From Myxococcota bacterium (lineage in GTDB: Bacteria > Myxococcota > Myxococcia > Myxococcales > Myxococcaceae): a stretch of DNA of 33,161 nucleotides. The DNA is taken from contig JBMORE010000025.1 in the NCBI GenBank assembly GCA_049322255.1, positions 1-33,161 of the forward strand. Direction: 5' to 3'. Position 1 is the stretch's first letter. Each line of letters starts with the position of its first letter. The notes under the pieces are model-generated. The model worked only from the letters and a program-made list of their open reading frames with translations. It was not told where the DNA came from and made no database searches. The position numbers and the translations under genes are program-made. This document shows positions 7,022-16,449 of the stretch, in pieces.

Positions 7022-9700
7022 ATGAATCGAAAGATGCTCTGGGTGACGGCGCTGGCGGGGTGGATGGGGGGATCGGCCATGGCGGCCGAGCTCAATACGC
7101 TCACCGACCTCAAGGTGGTCTCCACGGCCACCGGGGCGCAGGTGGTCGTGGCCGGCAACAAGGCGCCCACCTTCACGGTCTTCCGCCTCAATGAACCTGA
7201 TCGGTTGGTGGTCGACCTCTCGTCGGCCGACGCCTCGGCGGTCAAGGGGCACCATGAAGGGAAAGGCCCCATCGCCGGAGTGGTGGCGTCGCAGTTCTCC
7301 GACCAGCACGCCACCGTCGGCAGGCTGATGCTGGCGCTCGACAAGGCGTCGCACTACGACGTGAAAGCCGACGGCAACCGGGTGGTGGTGTCGGTGGACG
7401 GCGCTGGAGCGAAGGCCGCGGCGGATGAGCCGAAGCCGGTGGAGGTTGCCAAGATCGTTCCGGCGCCGCTCACCCCAACCCTCTCCCAGGGGGAGAGGGG
7501 GGCCGACGTCGTCGCCAGCCATGTCGATGAGAAGCCGGTCAAGCGCCCAGCCAAGAAGTTGACCGCGCTGGTTTACGCCCGCGATACCCTGAAAATCGTC
7601 ACCGATGGGGAGGTTGCCAAATACGAGCTCCTCGAGCTGAAAAACCCTCCGCGGCTGGCGCTCGATCTCTACGGGCTGACCACGACCACACGCACTCCCA
7701 AGGCGCGCGGCGGCTTGCTGGCCGATATTCGCCTCGGCGCGCACGATGGCAAGGTTCGCCTGGTGCTCGACATGCAAGGAAGCATGCCGGCATACGAGGT
7801 CAAGCGCACCTCGCGTGGGCTGGTGCTCTCGCTGGGCTTTAAGGACACGGCCGCGCCTGCGGTGGCCAAGGTCGACGCGCCCGAAGCCGCCGAGCCAGTG
7901 GTGGAGATCGACGGGAAACGCGTGCCGGTGGAGATCGCTGAAGGGGCTGAGCCTTCGCCCGCTCCTGCTCCGAAAAAGGACGAGCCGCCCAAGGCCGTGG
8001 CGGAAGTGAAGGACCTGACCTTCGAAGACGCTCCCACCGGCGGCCGAGTGGAGCTCAAGCTCACCGCCGACGCGGCGTGGAAGGTGGAGCGGCCCGATGC
8101 ACGCAGTGCGGTGCTGACCCTCGAGGGAGCCCGCATTCCCAAGCGGCTCGAGCGTAGCCTGGACACCAGCGATCTCGAGACGCCGGTGAAGATGGTGAGC
8201 GCTTTTTCCGTGCCGGGAAGTGGCGACAAGGTGCGTGTGGTGGTGGCGGGCGATGGCGCCTTGGAGGAGACAGTGGTGAAGACCCCCAGCGGGCTTTCCT
8301 GGCGCGTCAAGGTGGCCGGGGTGAAAACCGAGGCCGCCTCGGTCAACGCCAAGACCGCGGGGTTTTCCACCGAGGCCAGCCGCTACGCCGAGCGCGGGGC
8401 CCCGCAGCAGCGTGGCCGCTACGTGGGCAAGCGCGTGTCCTTCGAGTTCAAGGACATCGACATTCACAACCTCCTGCGGATCATCGCCGAGGTATCGAAG
8501 AAGAACATCGTGGTCGCCGACGACGTGAGCGGCAAGGTCACCATTCGCCTGCGCAACGTGCCATGGGACCAGGCCCTCGAGCTCATCCTGCGCTCCAAGG
8601 GGTTGGGCAAGGAAGACTTGGGGAACATCATTCGCGTGGCACCGCTCAAGACGCTCGAAGAGGAGGCGAAGCTGCGCGAGGAGCGGCGCAAGTCGCAAAT
8701 TCGCCAGGCCGACCTCTCGGTGCAGCTCATCCCGGTGAACTACGCCACCGCCGACCAGATGAAGGAACGAGTGAAGGACGTGCTCTCGGAGCGGGGCACC
8801 GTCACGGTCGATACGCGCACCAACGTGCTCATCGTGCGCGACATAGCAGAGCACATCGGCAAGGCGCGCTCCTTGGTGCGTACCCTCGACACCCAGACGC
8901 CTCAGGTGCTGATCGAGAGCCGCATCGTGGAGGCGAACACCAACTTCACCAGGCAGGTAGGCATCCAGTGGGGTGGCTCTGCCCAGCTCGCTCCGGGCAC
9001 GGGCAACCCCACCGGTCTGATTTTCCCCAACACAGTGGCGGTTCGGGGCGGTTCGTCGTCCGCAGCCAACGTCGGCACCGCGGACACGCCGAACTTTGCC
9101 GTCAACCTCCCTGCCGCGGTGGGTACCGGGTCAGGCGGCGCCTTGGGCTTCATCTTCGGCTCGGCGGGCGGGGCGGTGGCGTTGAACCTGCGGCTCTCGG
9201 CGTTGGAGAATCAAGGCGCGGTGAAGACCATCTCGGCGCCCAAGGTAACCACCCTGGACAACAGCCCCGCCCGCATCAGCCAGGGCGTGTCGATTCCCTT
9301 CAGCCAGGTGTCGGCGCAGGGGGTGAACACCACCTTCGTCGAGGCGCGCCTCTCGCTCGACGTCACTCCGCACATCACGCAGGACGGCAGCATCTTGATG
9401 ACCATCAAGGCGGAGAACAACCAGCCCGACCCGGCCAACACCGGCGCCAACGGCCAGCCAGCGATTCAGCGTAAAGAGGCGAACACCCAGGTGTTGGTGA
9501 AGGATGGGGACACCACGGTCATCGGCGGCATCTACGTGCGACGCGGCTCCACTGCCACCAACAGGGTGCCCTTCCTGGGCAGCATTCCGTTGCTCGGGTT
9601 CTTCTTCAAGAACAACGTCGAGACCGACTCACGCCAAGAGCTGCTCATCTTCATCACCCCGCGCATCATCAACCGGCAGACGATCGCGCAGAATCTCTAG
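7022..9700 (+). CDS. pilQ: Type IV pilus secretin PilQ with three AMIN-like domains
   Basis: Signal peptide MNRKMLWVTALAGWMGGSAMA after GGAGAGAGGA RBS; PDRLVVDL and PPRLALDL AMIN motifs; N0 NVPWDQAL; QVLIESRIVEA; C-terminal VPFLGSIPLLGFFFK..ELLIFITPRI. Confidence 0.97.
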   Translation: MNRKMLWVTALAGWMGGSAMAAELNTLTDLKVVSTATGAQVVVAGNKAPTFTVFRLNEPDRLVVDLSSADASAVKGHHEGKGPIAGVVASQFSDQHATVGRLMLALDKASHYDVKADGNRVVVSVDGAGAKAAADEPKPVEVAKIVPAPLTPTLSQGERGADVVASHVDEKPVKRPAKKLTALVYARDTLKIVTDGEVAKYELLELKNPPRLALDLYGLTTTTRTPKARGGLLADIRLGAHDGKVRLVLDMQGSMPAYEVKRTSRGLVLSLGFKDTAAPAVAKVDAPEAAEPVVEIDGKRVPVEIAEGAEPSPAPAPKKDEPPKAVAEVKDLTFEDAPTGGRVELKLTADAAWKVERPDARSAVLTLEGARIPKRLERSLDTSDLETPVKMVSAFSVPGSGDKVRVVVAGDGALEETVVKTPSGLSWRVKVAGVKTEAASVNAKTAGFSTEASRYAERGAPQQRGRYVGKRVSFEFKDIDIHNLLRIIAEVSKKNIVVADDVSGKVTIRLRNVPWDQALELILRSKGLGKEDLGNIIRVAPLKTLEEEAKLREERRKSQIRQADLSVQLIPVNYATADQMKERVKDVLSERGTVTVDTRTNVLIVRDIAEHIGKARSLVRTLDTQTPQVLIESRIVEANTNFTRQVGIQWGGSAQLAPGTGNPTGLIFPNTVAVRGGSSSAANVGTADTPNFAVNLPAAVGTGSGGALGFIFGSAGGAVALNLRLSALENQGAVKTISAPKVTTLDNSPARISQGVSIPFSQVSAQGVNTTFVEARLSLDVTPHITQDGSILMTIKAENNQPDPANTGANGQPAIQRKEANTQVLVKDGDTTVIGGIYVRRGSTATNRVPFLGSIPLLGFFFKNNVETDSRQELLIFITPRIINRQTIAQNL
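7466..7502. repeat. BoxC/PIT-like repeat, copy 3, read in frame inside pilQ
   Basis: CCGCTCACCCCAA-CCCTCTCCC-AGG-GGGAGAGGG-GGG; 9-bp stem 7479-7487/7491-7499; encodes PLTPTLSQGERG. Confidence 0.9.
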
Positions 9701-9709
9701 GAGAAGACC

Positions 9710-10369
9710 ATGACGTCCACTCGAAGCCTCGCGAACATCGCCGCGTGCGCCGCGGGAGTCTTGGCTGGCTGCGCGGTTTCGGATGACCCGATTCGGCTCC
9801 TCGGCACGCACGCCCTGCAGCAAGACTGCGAGGCCAGTGAGTTTCAGCTGGTACGCGGTAGCTTGGACATCTCCAGCACATCCAACTACTTCATCCAGTT
9901 CGAAATGGAGTCGTCTCTACAGGCGACCACGACCGAGTCGGGAGGGGAGCAGCTGGCCGGCGCCAATCGCAACGACTTCTTCGCCGAGGAAATTGTTTTT
10001 ACCTATTCCTCCACGCCCTCGATTCCGTTCGAGCAGGAGCGCGTTTCGATGCACTTCGTGCTCCCTCCCGAGGCGGCGCGTGACCAAAGCACCCTGAACA
10101 CTTCTCTCATTGGTCCCAAGGCGGGGCAGCGGCTGAGCGACAGTTTGCCCAATGCTGGCGACGAGCTGGAGCTGTTGGTCACCGCGCAACTTCGGGGCAA
10201 GCTCGCCTCCGGACAAAGTGTGTCCAGCAACACGGTCGACTACCCAATACATGTATTCAGAAGCGGCACGCCGTTGCCCCTGTGTGCGCCAGGAGAGGTC
10301 CTCACGGGTGGCCCATGTGGCACGGTCGGCGGCCAGGACGGCACCGTCCCCGTGTGTGGGGCGCCGTGA
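9710..10369 (+). CDS. Uncharacterised lipoprotein directly downstream of pilQ
   Basis: Lipobox LAGC at residues 18-21; RBS AGGAG overlapping pilQ stop; beta-rich body; Cys-containing C-terminal tail. Confidence 0.82.
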   Translation: MTSTRSLANIAACAAGVLAGCAVSDDPIRLLGTHALQQDCEASEFQLVRGSLDISSTSNYFIQFEMESSLQATTTESGGEQLAGANRNDFFAEEIVFTYSSTPSIPFEQERVSMHFVLPPEAARDQSTLNTSLIGPKAGQRLSDSLPNAGDELELLVTAQLRGKLASGQSVSSNTVDYPIHVFRSGTPLPLCAPGEVLTGGPCGTVGGQDGTVPVCGAP

Positions 10370-10372
10370 CCC

Positions 10373-10401
10373 TTGACCTGACGCGACCCGGGCTCCAAGC
10401 T
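10373..10401 (+). promoter_or_regulatory. Candidate sigma70-type promoter for mglC (possibly leaderless)
   Basis: TTGACC (10373-10378), 17 bp, CAAGCT (10396-10401), then 8 nt to the ATG with no SD. Confidence 0.45.
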
Positions 10402-10409
10402 GCCCGCCC

Positions 10410-10772
10410 ATGTCCTTCCTCCCGCACCTAGAAGCGGCGGTCTCGCAAGTCGAGGGCGCGCTCGCCTGCACCATCATGGGCTTCGACGGCATCGCGGTCG
10501 AGACCCACCAGCTCGACGAGTCCGCCGAGCTCGACCTCTCCAGCGTGTGGGTCGAGTACGCCAACGTCCTCTCCCAGGTGAAGAACGCCGCCGAGCTGCT
10601 CAAGACCGGCGCGGTGAGCGAGCTTTCCATCAACTCGGAGAAGGTCATCACCCTGATGCGCATGGTCTCGCCGGAATACTTCCTGGTGCTCGCGCTGCGC
10701 CCGGAAGGGAACTACGGCAAGGGCAGGTACGTGCTGCGTCTGACGGCCCCCAAGGTGAAGGCTGAGCTGTAA
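10410..10772 (+). CDS. mglC: Roadblock/LC7 polarity protein MglC
   Basis: 120 aa; F25-D26-I28 and K104-R106-R110 fall at the positions of the FDI and KRR surfaces described for M. xanthus MglC; same synteny. Confidence 0.92.
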   Translation: MSFLPHLEAAVSQVEGALACTIMGFDGIAVETHQLDESAELDLSSVWVEYANVLSQVKNAAELLKTGAVSELSINSEKVITLMRMVSPEYFLVLALRPEGNYGKGRYVLRLTAPKVKAEL

Positions 10773-10777
10773 CGCTC

Positions 10778-10806
10778 TTGCCCTCCCTGCTCCGCAGGGG
10801 TAAACC
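10778..10806 (+). promoter_or_regulatory. Candidate sigma70-type promoter for efp-accB-accC
   Basis: TTGCCC (10778-10783), 17 bp, TAAACC (10801-10806); spacer holds an inverted repeat CCCTGC-TCC-GCAGGG. Confidence 0.45.
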
Positions 10807-10847
10807 GCCACGCCTTCGTTTCCGAAGTTCTTTAGCGAGCGTGCGCC

Positions 10848-11426
10848 ATGGCCGGTGTCATCGATACCTCCGAGTTTCGCAAGGGCTTGAAAATCGAGGT
10901 CGACGGAGAGCCCTTCGAAATCGTCGAGTTCCAGCACGTCAAGCCGGGCAAGGGCTCGGCCTTCGTGCGTACGAGCATCAAGAGCCTTTTGTCGGGGCGG
11001 GTGCTCCAGCCCACCTTCAAGTCGGGCGACAAGGTGGGCAAACCGGACATCGAGGAAAAGGAGATGCAGTACCTCTACCGGCAAGGCGACGAGTTCTACT
11101 TCATGGACACGCGCACCTACGAGCAGACCTTCTTGGGCGAGAGCGTGCTCAGCGAGGGGAAGAATTTTCTCAAAGAGAACATCAACGTCTCGGTGCTCTT
11201 CTACAACGGCAAGCCGATTGGGGTGTCGCTGCCCAACTCGGTGGACTTGAAGGTCACCAAGTGCGACCCGGGTATTCGCGGCGACACGGTGTCGGGGGCG
11301 ACCAAGCCGGCGGTGCTGGAGACCGGCTACTCGGTCAACGTGCCGCTGTTCATCAACGAGGGCGACGTTCTCAAGATCGATACCCGCGACGGCAAGTACC
11401 TGACCCGCGTCGCCACCGCGGGCTGA
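10848..11426 (+). CDS. efp: Elongation factor P
   Basis: HVKPGKGSAFVR loop (PGKG, modifiable Lys), RGDT, KPAVLETG, VPLFINEGD..IDTRDGKY. Confidence 0.98.
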   Translation: MAGVIDTSEFRKGLKIEVDGEPFEIVEFQHVKPGKGSAFVRTSIKSLLSGRVLQPTFKSGDKVGKPDIEEKEMQYLYRQGDEFYFMDTRTYEQTFLGESVLSEGKNFLKENINVSVLFYNGKPIGVSLPNSVDLKVTKCDPGIRGDTVSGATKPAVLETGYSVNVPLFINEGDVLKIDTRDGKYLTRVATAG

Positions 11427-11453
11427 CCCACCAAAACCGAAGGGGCTTCCAGG

Positions 11454-11993
<540 letters not shown>

Positions 11994-12008
11994 GGCGCCA
12001 GAAGGCCC

Positions 12009-13394
12009 ATGTTCAAAAAAATCCTCATCGCCAACCGCGGGGAAATCGCGCTGCGCATCATTCGCGCGTGCCGTGAGCTGGGTATCGCCACCGTGGCGGT
12101 GCACTCCACCGCAGACGTCGCCGCCCTGCACGTGCGCTTCGCCGACGAGGCGGTGTGCATCGGCCCGCCGCCCTCGCGTGAGAGCTACCTGAACATCCCC
12201 GCCGTGCTCTCGGCGGCGGAAATCACCCGAGCCGACGCCATTCACCCCGGCTACGGCTTTCTCTCGGAGAACGCCGAGTTCGCCGAGGTGTGCAAGAACT
12301 GCAAGATTCATTTCATCGGCCCCCAACCGGAGCTGATTCGGCTGATGGGCAACAAGGTACGCGCCAAGGAAGCGGCGCGGGAGGCGGGGTTGCCGCTCCT
12401 CCCCGGCTCGACGGGCGTGGTGAAGGACCCCAAAGAGGCAGAAAAGGTCGCCCAAGAGGTGGGGTTCCCCATCATCCTCAAGGCGGCGGCGGGCGGAGGG
12501 GGCCGGGGGATGAAGATTGTGCGAGATCTCTCGGCGGTGGCTCAGGCGTTCTCCACCGCGTCGGCAGAGGCGGTGGCGGCCTTCGGCAACGGCGACATGT
12601 ACATCGAGCGCTACGTCGAGCGCCCGCGGCACATCGAAATTCAGATTGTCGCCGACGAGCACGGCAACGTCGTTCACTTGGGCGAGCGCGAGTGCTCGGT
12701 GCAGCGCCGGCACCAGAAGCTCATCGAAGAAAGTCCCTCGCCCGGCATCTCACCCGAGCTGCGCGAAGAGATGGGGCGCGTCTCGGTGAAGGCGATGGAG
12801 AAGCTCAAGTACACCAACCTCGGCACCATCGAGTACCTGATGGACGAGGCGGGCAAGTTCTACTTCATGGAGATGAACACCCGCATTCAGGTGGAGCACC
12901 CTGTCACCGAGATGGTCACCGGCATCGACCTGGTTCGCACTCAAATCCAGCTCGCGTTCGGCCAGCCGCTCAAGTGGAAGCAGAAGGACATCACGCTGAA
13001 GGGCGCGGCGATCGAGTGCCGGGTGAACGCGGAAGACCCCGTGACTTTTGCTCCCTCCCCGGGTCGTATCACCGCCTACTCCGCGCCCGGAGGCCTGGGC
13101 GTGCGCATCGACTCGGCGGCCTATGAGAACTACGCGGTGCTGCCGCACTACGACTCGCTGCTCGCCAAGCTCGTCACCAATGCCGAAGATCGCGACTGCG
13201 CCATTCGCCGTATGCAGCGCGCCCTGGGCGAGTACGTCATCCAGGGCATTCGCACCAACATTCCCTTCCATCGCGCCGCCCTGGGCGAAGATGCCTTCCT
13301 CGAAGGCAAGTACGACACCCGTTTCGTCGAACGCCTGCTCGCCTCCGAAACCGGTTCGCGGCGGTTGAAGAAGGCCATCGAAGAGACCCCCTGA
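12009..13394 (+). CDS. accC: Acetyl-CoA carboxylase biotin carboxylase subunit
   Basis: [54 protein letters not shown]. Confidence 0.98.
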   Translation: MFKKILIANRGEIALRIIRACRELGIATVAVHSTADVAALHVRFADEAVCIGPPPSRESYLNIPAVLSAAEITRADAIHPGYGFLSENAEFAEVCKNCKIHFIGPQPELIRLMGNKVRAKEAAREAGLPLLPGSTGVVKDPKEAEKVAQEVGFPIILKAAAGGGGRGMKIVRDLSAVAQAFSTASAEAVAAFGNGDMYIERYVERPRHIEIQIVADEHGNVVHLGERECSVQRRHQKLIEESPSPGISPELREEMGRVSVKAMEKLKYTNLGTIEYLMDEAGKFYFMEMNTRIQVEHPVTEMVTGIDLVRTQIQLAFGQPLKWKQKDITLKGAAIECRVNAEDPVTFAPSPGRITAYSAPGGLGVRIDSAAYENYAVLPHYDSLLAKLVTNAEDRDCAIRRMQRALGEYVIQGIRTNIPFHRAALGEDAFLEGKYDTRFVERLLASETGSRRLKKAIEETP

Positions 13395-13451
13395 GCCCAC
13401 AAAGTGGTTGATTCGCTTGGGGTTTCGGCTTCCACGCCGCCGCTCGTCTCC

Positions 13452-13481
13452 TTGACCGATACGGGAAGATTCCGATACCCT
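13452..13481 (+). promoter_or_regulatory. Candidate sigma70-type promoter for the sgmX operon
   Basis: TTGACC (13452-13457), 18 bp, TACCCT (13476-13481), about 45 nt before the start codon. Confidence 0.5.
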
Positions 13482-13527
13482 CGCCACGCCGAAAACTCCC
13501 AATAGTTACGGGGGATTTTGGCGCTTG

Positions 13528-16443
13528 ATGGACAAGAACAAGATCATCGAAGCCGCCGCCAAGCTCGTCGCCAAAGGCGCCTACGACAAGGCCATCAAGG
13601 AGTACCAGAAGATTCTGGACGCAGATCCGAAAGACGTTCGGATTCTCCAGAAAATGGGGGAGCTGTATCAGAAGAAGAACGACAACTCCCAGGCCGCCCA
13701 CTTCTTCACCAAGGTAGCGGAGAGCTACTCGACCGACGGTTTTTTCCTCAAGGCGGTCGCCCTCTACAAGCAGGTCTTGCGCCTCAACCCGGAGCTCATC
13801 GAGGTCAACCTCAAGCTGGCCGAGCTGCACCAGCAGCTGCAGCTGACGAGCGAGGCGATGGGCTACTACCAGTCCGTCGCCTCCCACTACGAGAAGAACG
13901 GCGACACCAAGGCTTCGCTCGACACGCTGAAGAAGATGGTCGATCTCGATCCGGATAACGTCGCGTCGCGGATCAAGCTCGCCGAGCTCTACGCCCGTGA
14001 GGAAATGAACGCCGAGGCGGGTAGCGAGTTCAAGCGCGCCGCCGAGTACCTCAAGCGCAACAACCGCGCCGACGATTACCTGAGGGTGGCCGAGCGCATC
14101 AGCGGGCTCGAGCCCAACAACACCCAGCTGGCCCGCGAGCTGGCCGATGCCTACCTTGCGCGCAGCGACCACAAGCGCGCGCTGGCCAAGCTGCAAATCT
14201 GCTTCAAGGCCGACCCACGCGACATCGAGACCTTGCGCCTGTTGGGCAGCGCCTTTCAAGGCCTGGGGCAGACCTCCAAAACCGTGTCGGTCTACAAGGA
14301 GCTGGCGAAAATCTACGCCGAGAAGGGCCGCACCGGTGAGGCAGACAACCTCTGGCGACAGATCGAGACCCTCGACCCCAACGACCCCGATTTGGCCGCT
14401 CGCCGGGCGCCTTCCCCCGCTCCCGCGCGTGCCGCGCCTGCGGCCCCAGCCCCAGCACGAGGTGCTCCGGTCTCACAGGCCCCAGCTCCTTCCGCGCCCG
14501 CCCGACCTGCTCCCGCGCCGCCTGCCCGGGCTGCTCCCGCTCCAACACCGTCACCGGCTCCGAGCACGACTGCTCGCGACGGGCTGGCCAAACTGCTCAC
14601 CGAGACCGACGTCTACGTGAAGTACGGGCTTCACGACAAGGCGATGGAACACCTGCGGAAGATTTTTTCCGTCGACCCGGAGAACCTCGACGCGCACGAG
14701 AAGGCGTATCAAATCTACGTTTCCTCCAACAACCCCGCCCAGGCCTCCGAGCAACTCCTCAACGTGCTGCGCCTGTGCACCCGTCAGGCGGCGGTAGAGC
14801 GCGCCCAGCCCTACCTCGCCACCATCCTCCAGGAGAACCCCTCACACCCCGAGGTGCCGGCGTTTCTGGCGGTGCTCAGGTCCGGCGGCGAGACGCAGGT
14901 GGAGCAGCCGGTGGAGCAGCTGGCGGAGGACGCCATCCTCGTCGATTCGAACGACGAAGAAATCATCGTCGCCGATGCTCCCGAAGACGCGCTGGCCAAT
15001 GAGGACGTGGCGCTGCGGACGGCGGCGATGGGCGCGGACGAAGGAGACGTGGTCGCCGACGACGAGCTCGTCTCGGAAGAGGCGCAGACCTACGAGCTGG
15101 CCGAAGAGGCCCAAGAGGTGGGGGAGGACGAGCCGCTGGTCCCTACTCTGAATGACCTGCGCTCCCCACGCCACGCCCGTGAGCCGGTGGAAGAGCTCGA
15201 GCCGGTCACCAGCGAAGGGGATGTGGTGGTCGAGACCGAGGCGGAGGTCGAGCTCTCCTCGAGCGAGCTGGGCGAGACGGCCTACGAGCTTGGAGACGAC
15301 GAGTCGGCCACCCAACTTCACGCTGTTCCCAGCGCCATGCTCGCCGAGTCGGCCAACGTCACCCAGCCGATGCAGAAAGCGCTGCGGCCTTCGGTCGAGG
15401 TCGAGCCCGCCCTGCTGGTGGAGGATGCCGAGGCCGAGCCTGTGGTCGTCGACGAGGAGTCGACGGCCGGCGGTGCCGCTGCCTACCAGGAAGAAGCGGT
15501 CGAACCGCCTCCCGAGGAAGAGCCGGCCGCCGAGGAGTGCGACGAAGCGAGCTTCTTCCTCGACCAGGGGCTTTTGGAAGAGGCCCGGGAGATTCTGGAG
15601 ACCATTCAGATCGCCTACCCCGGCCACCAGCGCGCCAGCGAGCTTTTGGCGCGCCTTTCGGCGCTCGAGGCCCAAGGAGGCGCCCCGGCGCCGGGCCCCC
15701 TTGAAGAAGAAGCTGCGCCGCCGTCGGTCTTACCCATGGAGGGAGGCGGCGAGCGCGACGCGTTCGATCTCGCCGCCGAGTTGGCCAGCGAGCTGGGGGA
15801 GTTGGGGGGCGAAGCCGAGGCGAGCGCGCCGACCGGGGGCGAAGACGACTTTCAATATTCCGTCGAGGAGGTGTTCAGCGAGTTCAAGAAGGGCCTGCAG
15901 AAGGTGGTCAAGCCCGAGGACGTCGACACCCATTACGATCTGGGCATCGCCTACAAGGAAATGGGGCTGGTGGACGATGCCATCGGCGAGTTCGAAGTCG
16001 CACGCCAGGGCTGTGTGGGCAAGAAGAAGGAAGTCGATTGCCTCACCATGGTGGGCCTGTTGCAGATGATGCGCGGCGACGCCGGGGCGGCGGTGGCGGC
16101 TTTTCGCCAAGCGCTGGGCACCGAGCACGCGACGGGTGAGACAGAGAAGGCGTTGCGCTTCGAGCTGGGGTTGTCCCACGAGGCAGCGGGCAGCGCGGGC
16201 AAGGCGCTCTACCAGTTTCAAAAAGTGGAGCAGCTCGACCCCAGCTACCGTGAGGTCAAAAGCCACGTCACGCGGCTGGGGGCGTCGACCCAGCCCGAGC
16301 CCGACGAGGAGGAGCACGCCAACGGCACCAACGGCGTGCGGGGCAAGCCCGGAGGCGGACAGGGAGGGCCCACGGGCGCGGCGAACAAGGCGGCTCCCCC
16401 GGCGGCGGCTGGCCCGAAGACCCGGAAGGTGGGCTACCTCTAA
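13528..16443 (+). CDS. sgmX: Large cytoplasmic TPR protein, SgmX-like (MglA effector for type IV pili)
   Basis: N-terminal TPR array (KGAYDKAIKEYQKIL.., DGFFLKAVALYKQVL), Pro/Ala linker, long acidic region, C-terminal TPRs (THYDLGIAYKEMGL); position after accC as in M. xanthus. TTG at 13525 is an alternative start. Confidence 0.87.
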   Translation: MDKNKIIEAAAKLVAKGAYDKAIKEYQKILDADPKDVRILQKMGELYQKKNDNSQAAHFFTKVAESYSTDGFFLKAVALYKQVLRLNPELIEVNLKLAELHQQLQLTSEAMGYYQSVASHYEKNGDTKASLDTLKKMVDLDPDNVASRIKLAELYAREEMNAEAGSEFKRAAEYLKRNNRADDYLRVAERISGLEPNNTQLARELADAYLARSDHKRALAKLQICFKADPRDIETLRLLGSAFQGLGQTSKTVSVYKELAKIYAEKGRTGEADNLWRQIETLDPNDPDLAARRAPSPAPARAAPAAPAPARGAPVSQAPAPSAPARPAPAPPARAAPAPTPSPAPSTTARDGLAKLLTETDVYVKYGLHDKAMEHLRKIFSVDPENLDAHEKAYQIYVSSNNPAQASEQLLNVLRLCTRQAAVERAQPYLATILQENPSHPEVPAFLAVLRSGGETQVEQPVEQLAEDAILVDSNDEEIIVADAPEDALANEDVALRTAAMGADEGDVVADDELVSEEAQTYELAEEAQEVGEDEPLVPTLNDLRSPRHAREPVEELEPVTSEGDVVVETEAEVELSSSELGETAYELGDDESATQLHAVPSAMLAESANVTQPMQKALRPSVEVEPALLVEDAEAEPVVVDEESTAGGAAAYQEEAVEPPPEEEPAAEECDEASFFLDQGLLEEAREILETIQIAYPGHQRASELLARLSALEAQGGAPAPGPLEEEAAPPSVLPMEGGGERDAFDLAAELASELGELGGEAEASAPTGGEDDFQYSVEEVFSEFKKGLQKVVKPEDVDTHYDLGIAYKEMGLVDDAIGEFEVARQGCVGKKKEVDCLTMVGLLQMMRGDAGAAVAAFRQALGTEHATGETEKALRFELGLSHEAAGSAGKALYQFQKVEQLDPSYREVKSHVTRLGASTQPEPDEEEHANGTNGVRGKPGGGQGGPTGAANKAAPPAAAGPKTRKVGYL

Positions 16444-16449
16444 CCGGCC

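Noticed and set aside
10318..10334. TGGCACG as a sigma54 -24 box upstream of mglC
   Set aside because: No TTGC at the -12 position, and it lies within a coding region.
14400..14575. Quasi-repetitive GC-rich tract in sgmX
   Set aside because: Low-complexity Pro/Ala linker coding, not a DNA repeat array or CRISPR.
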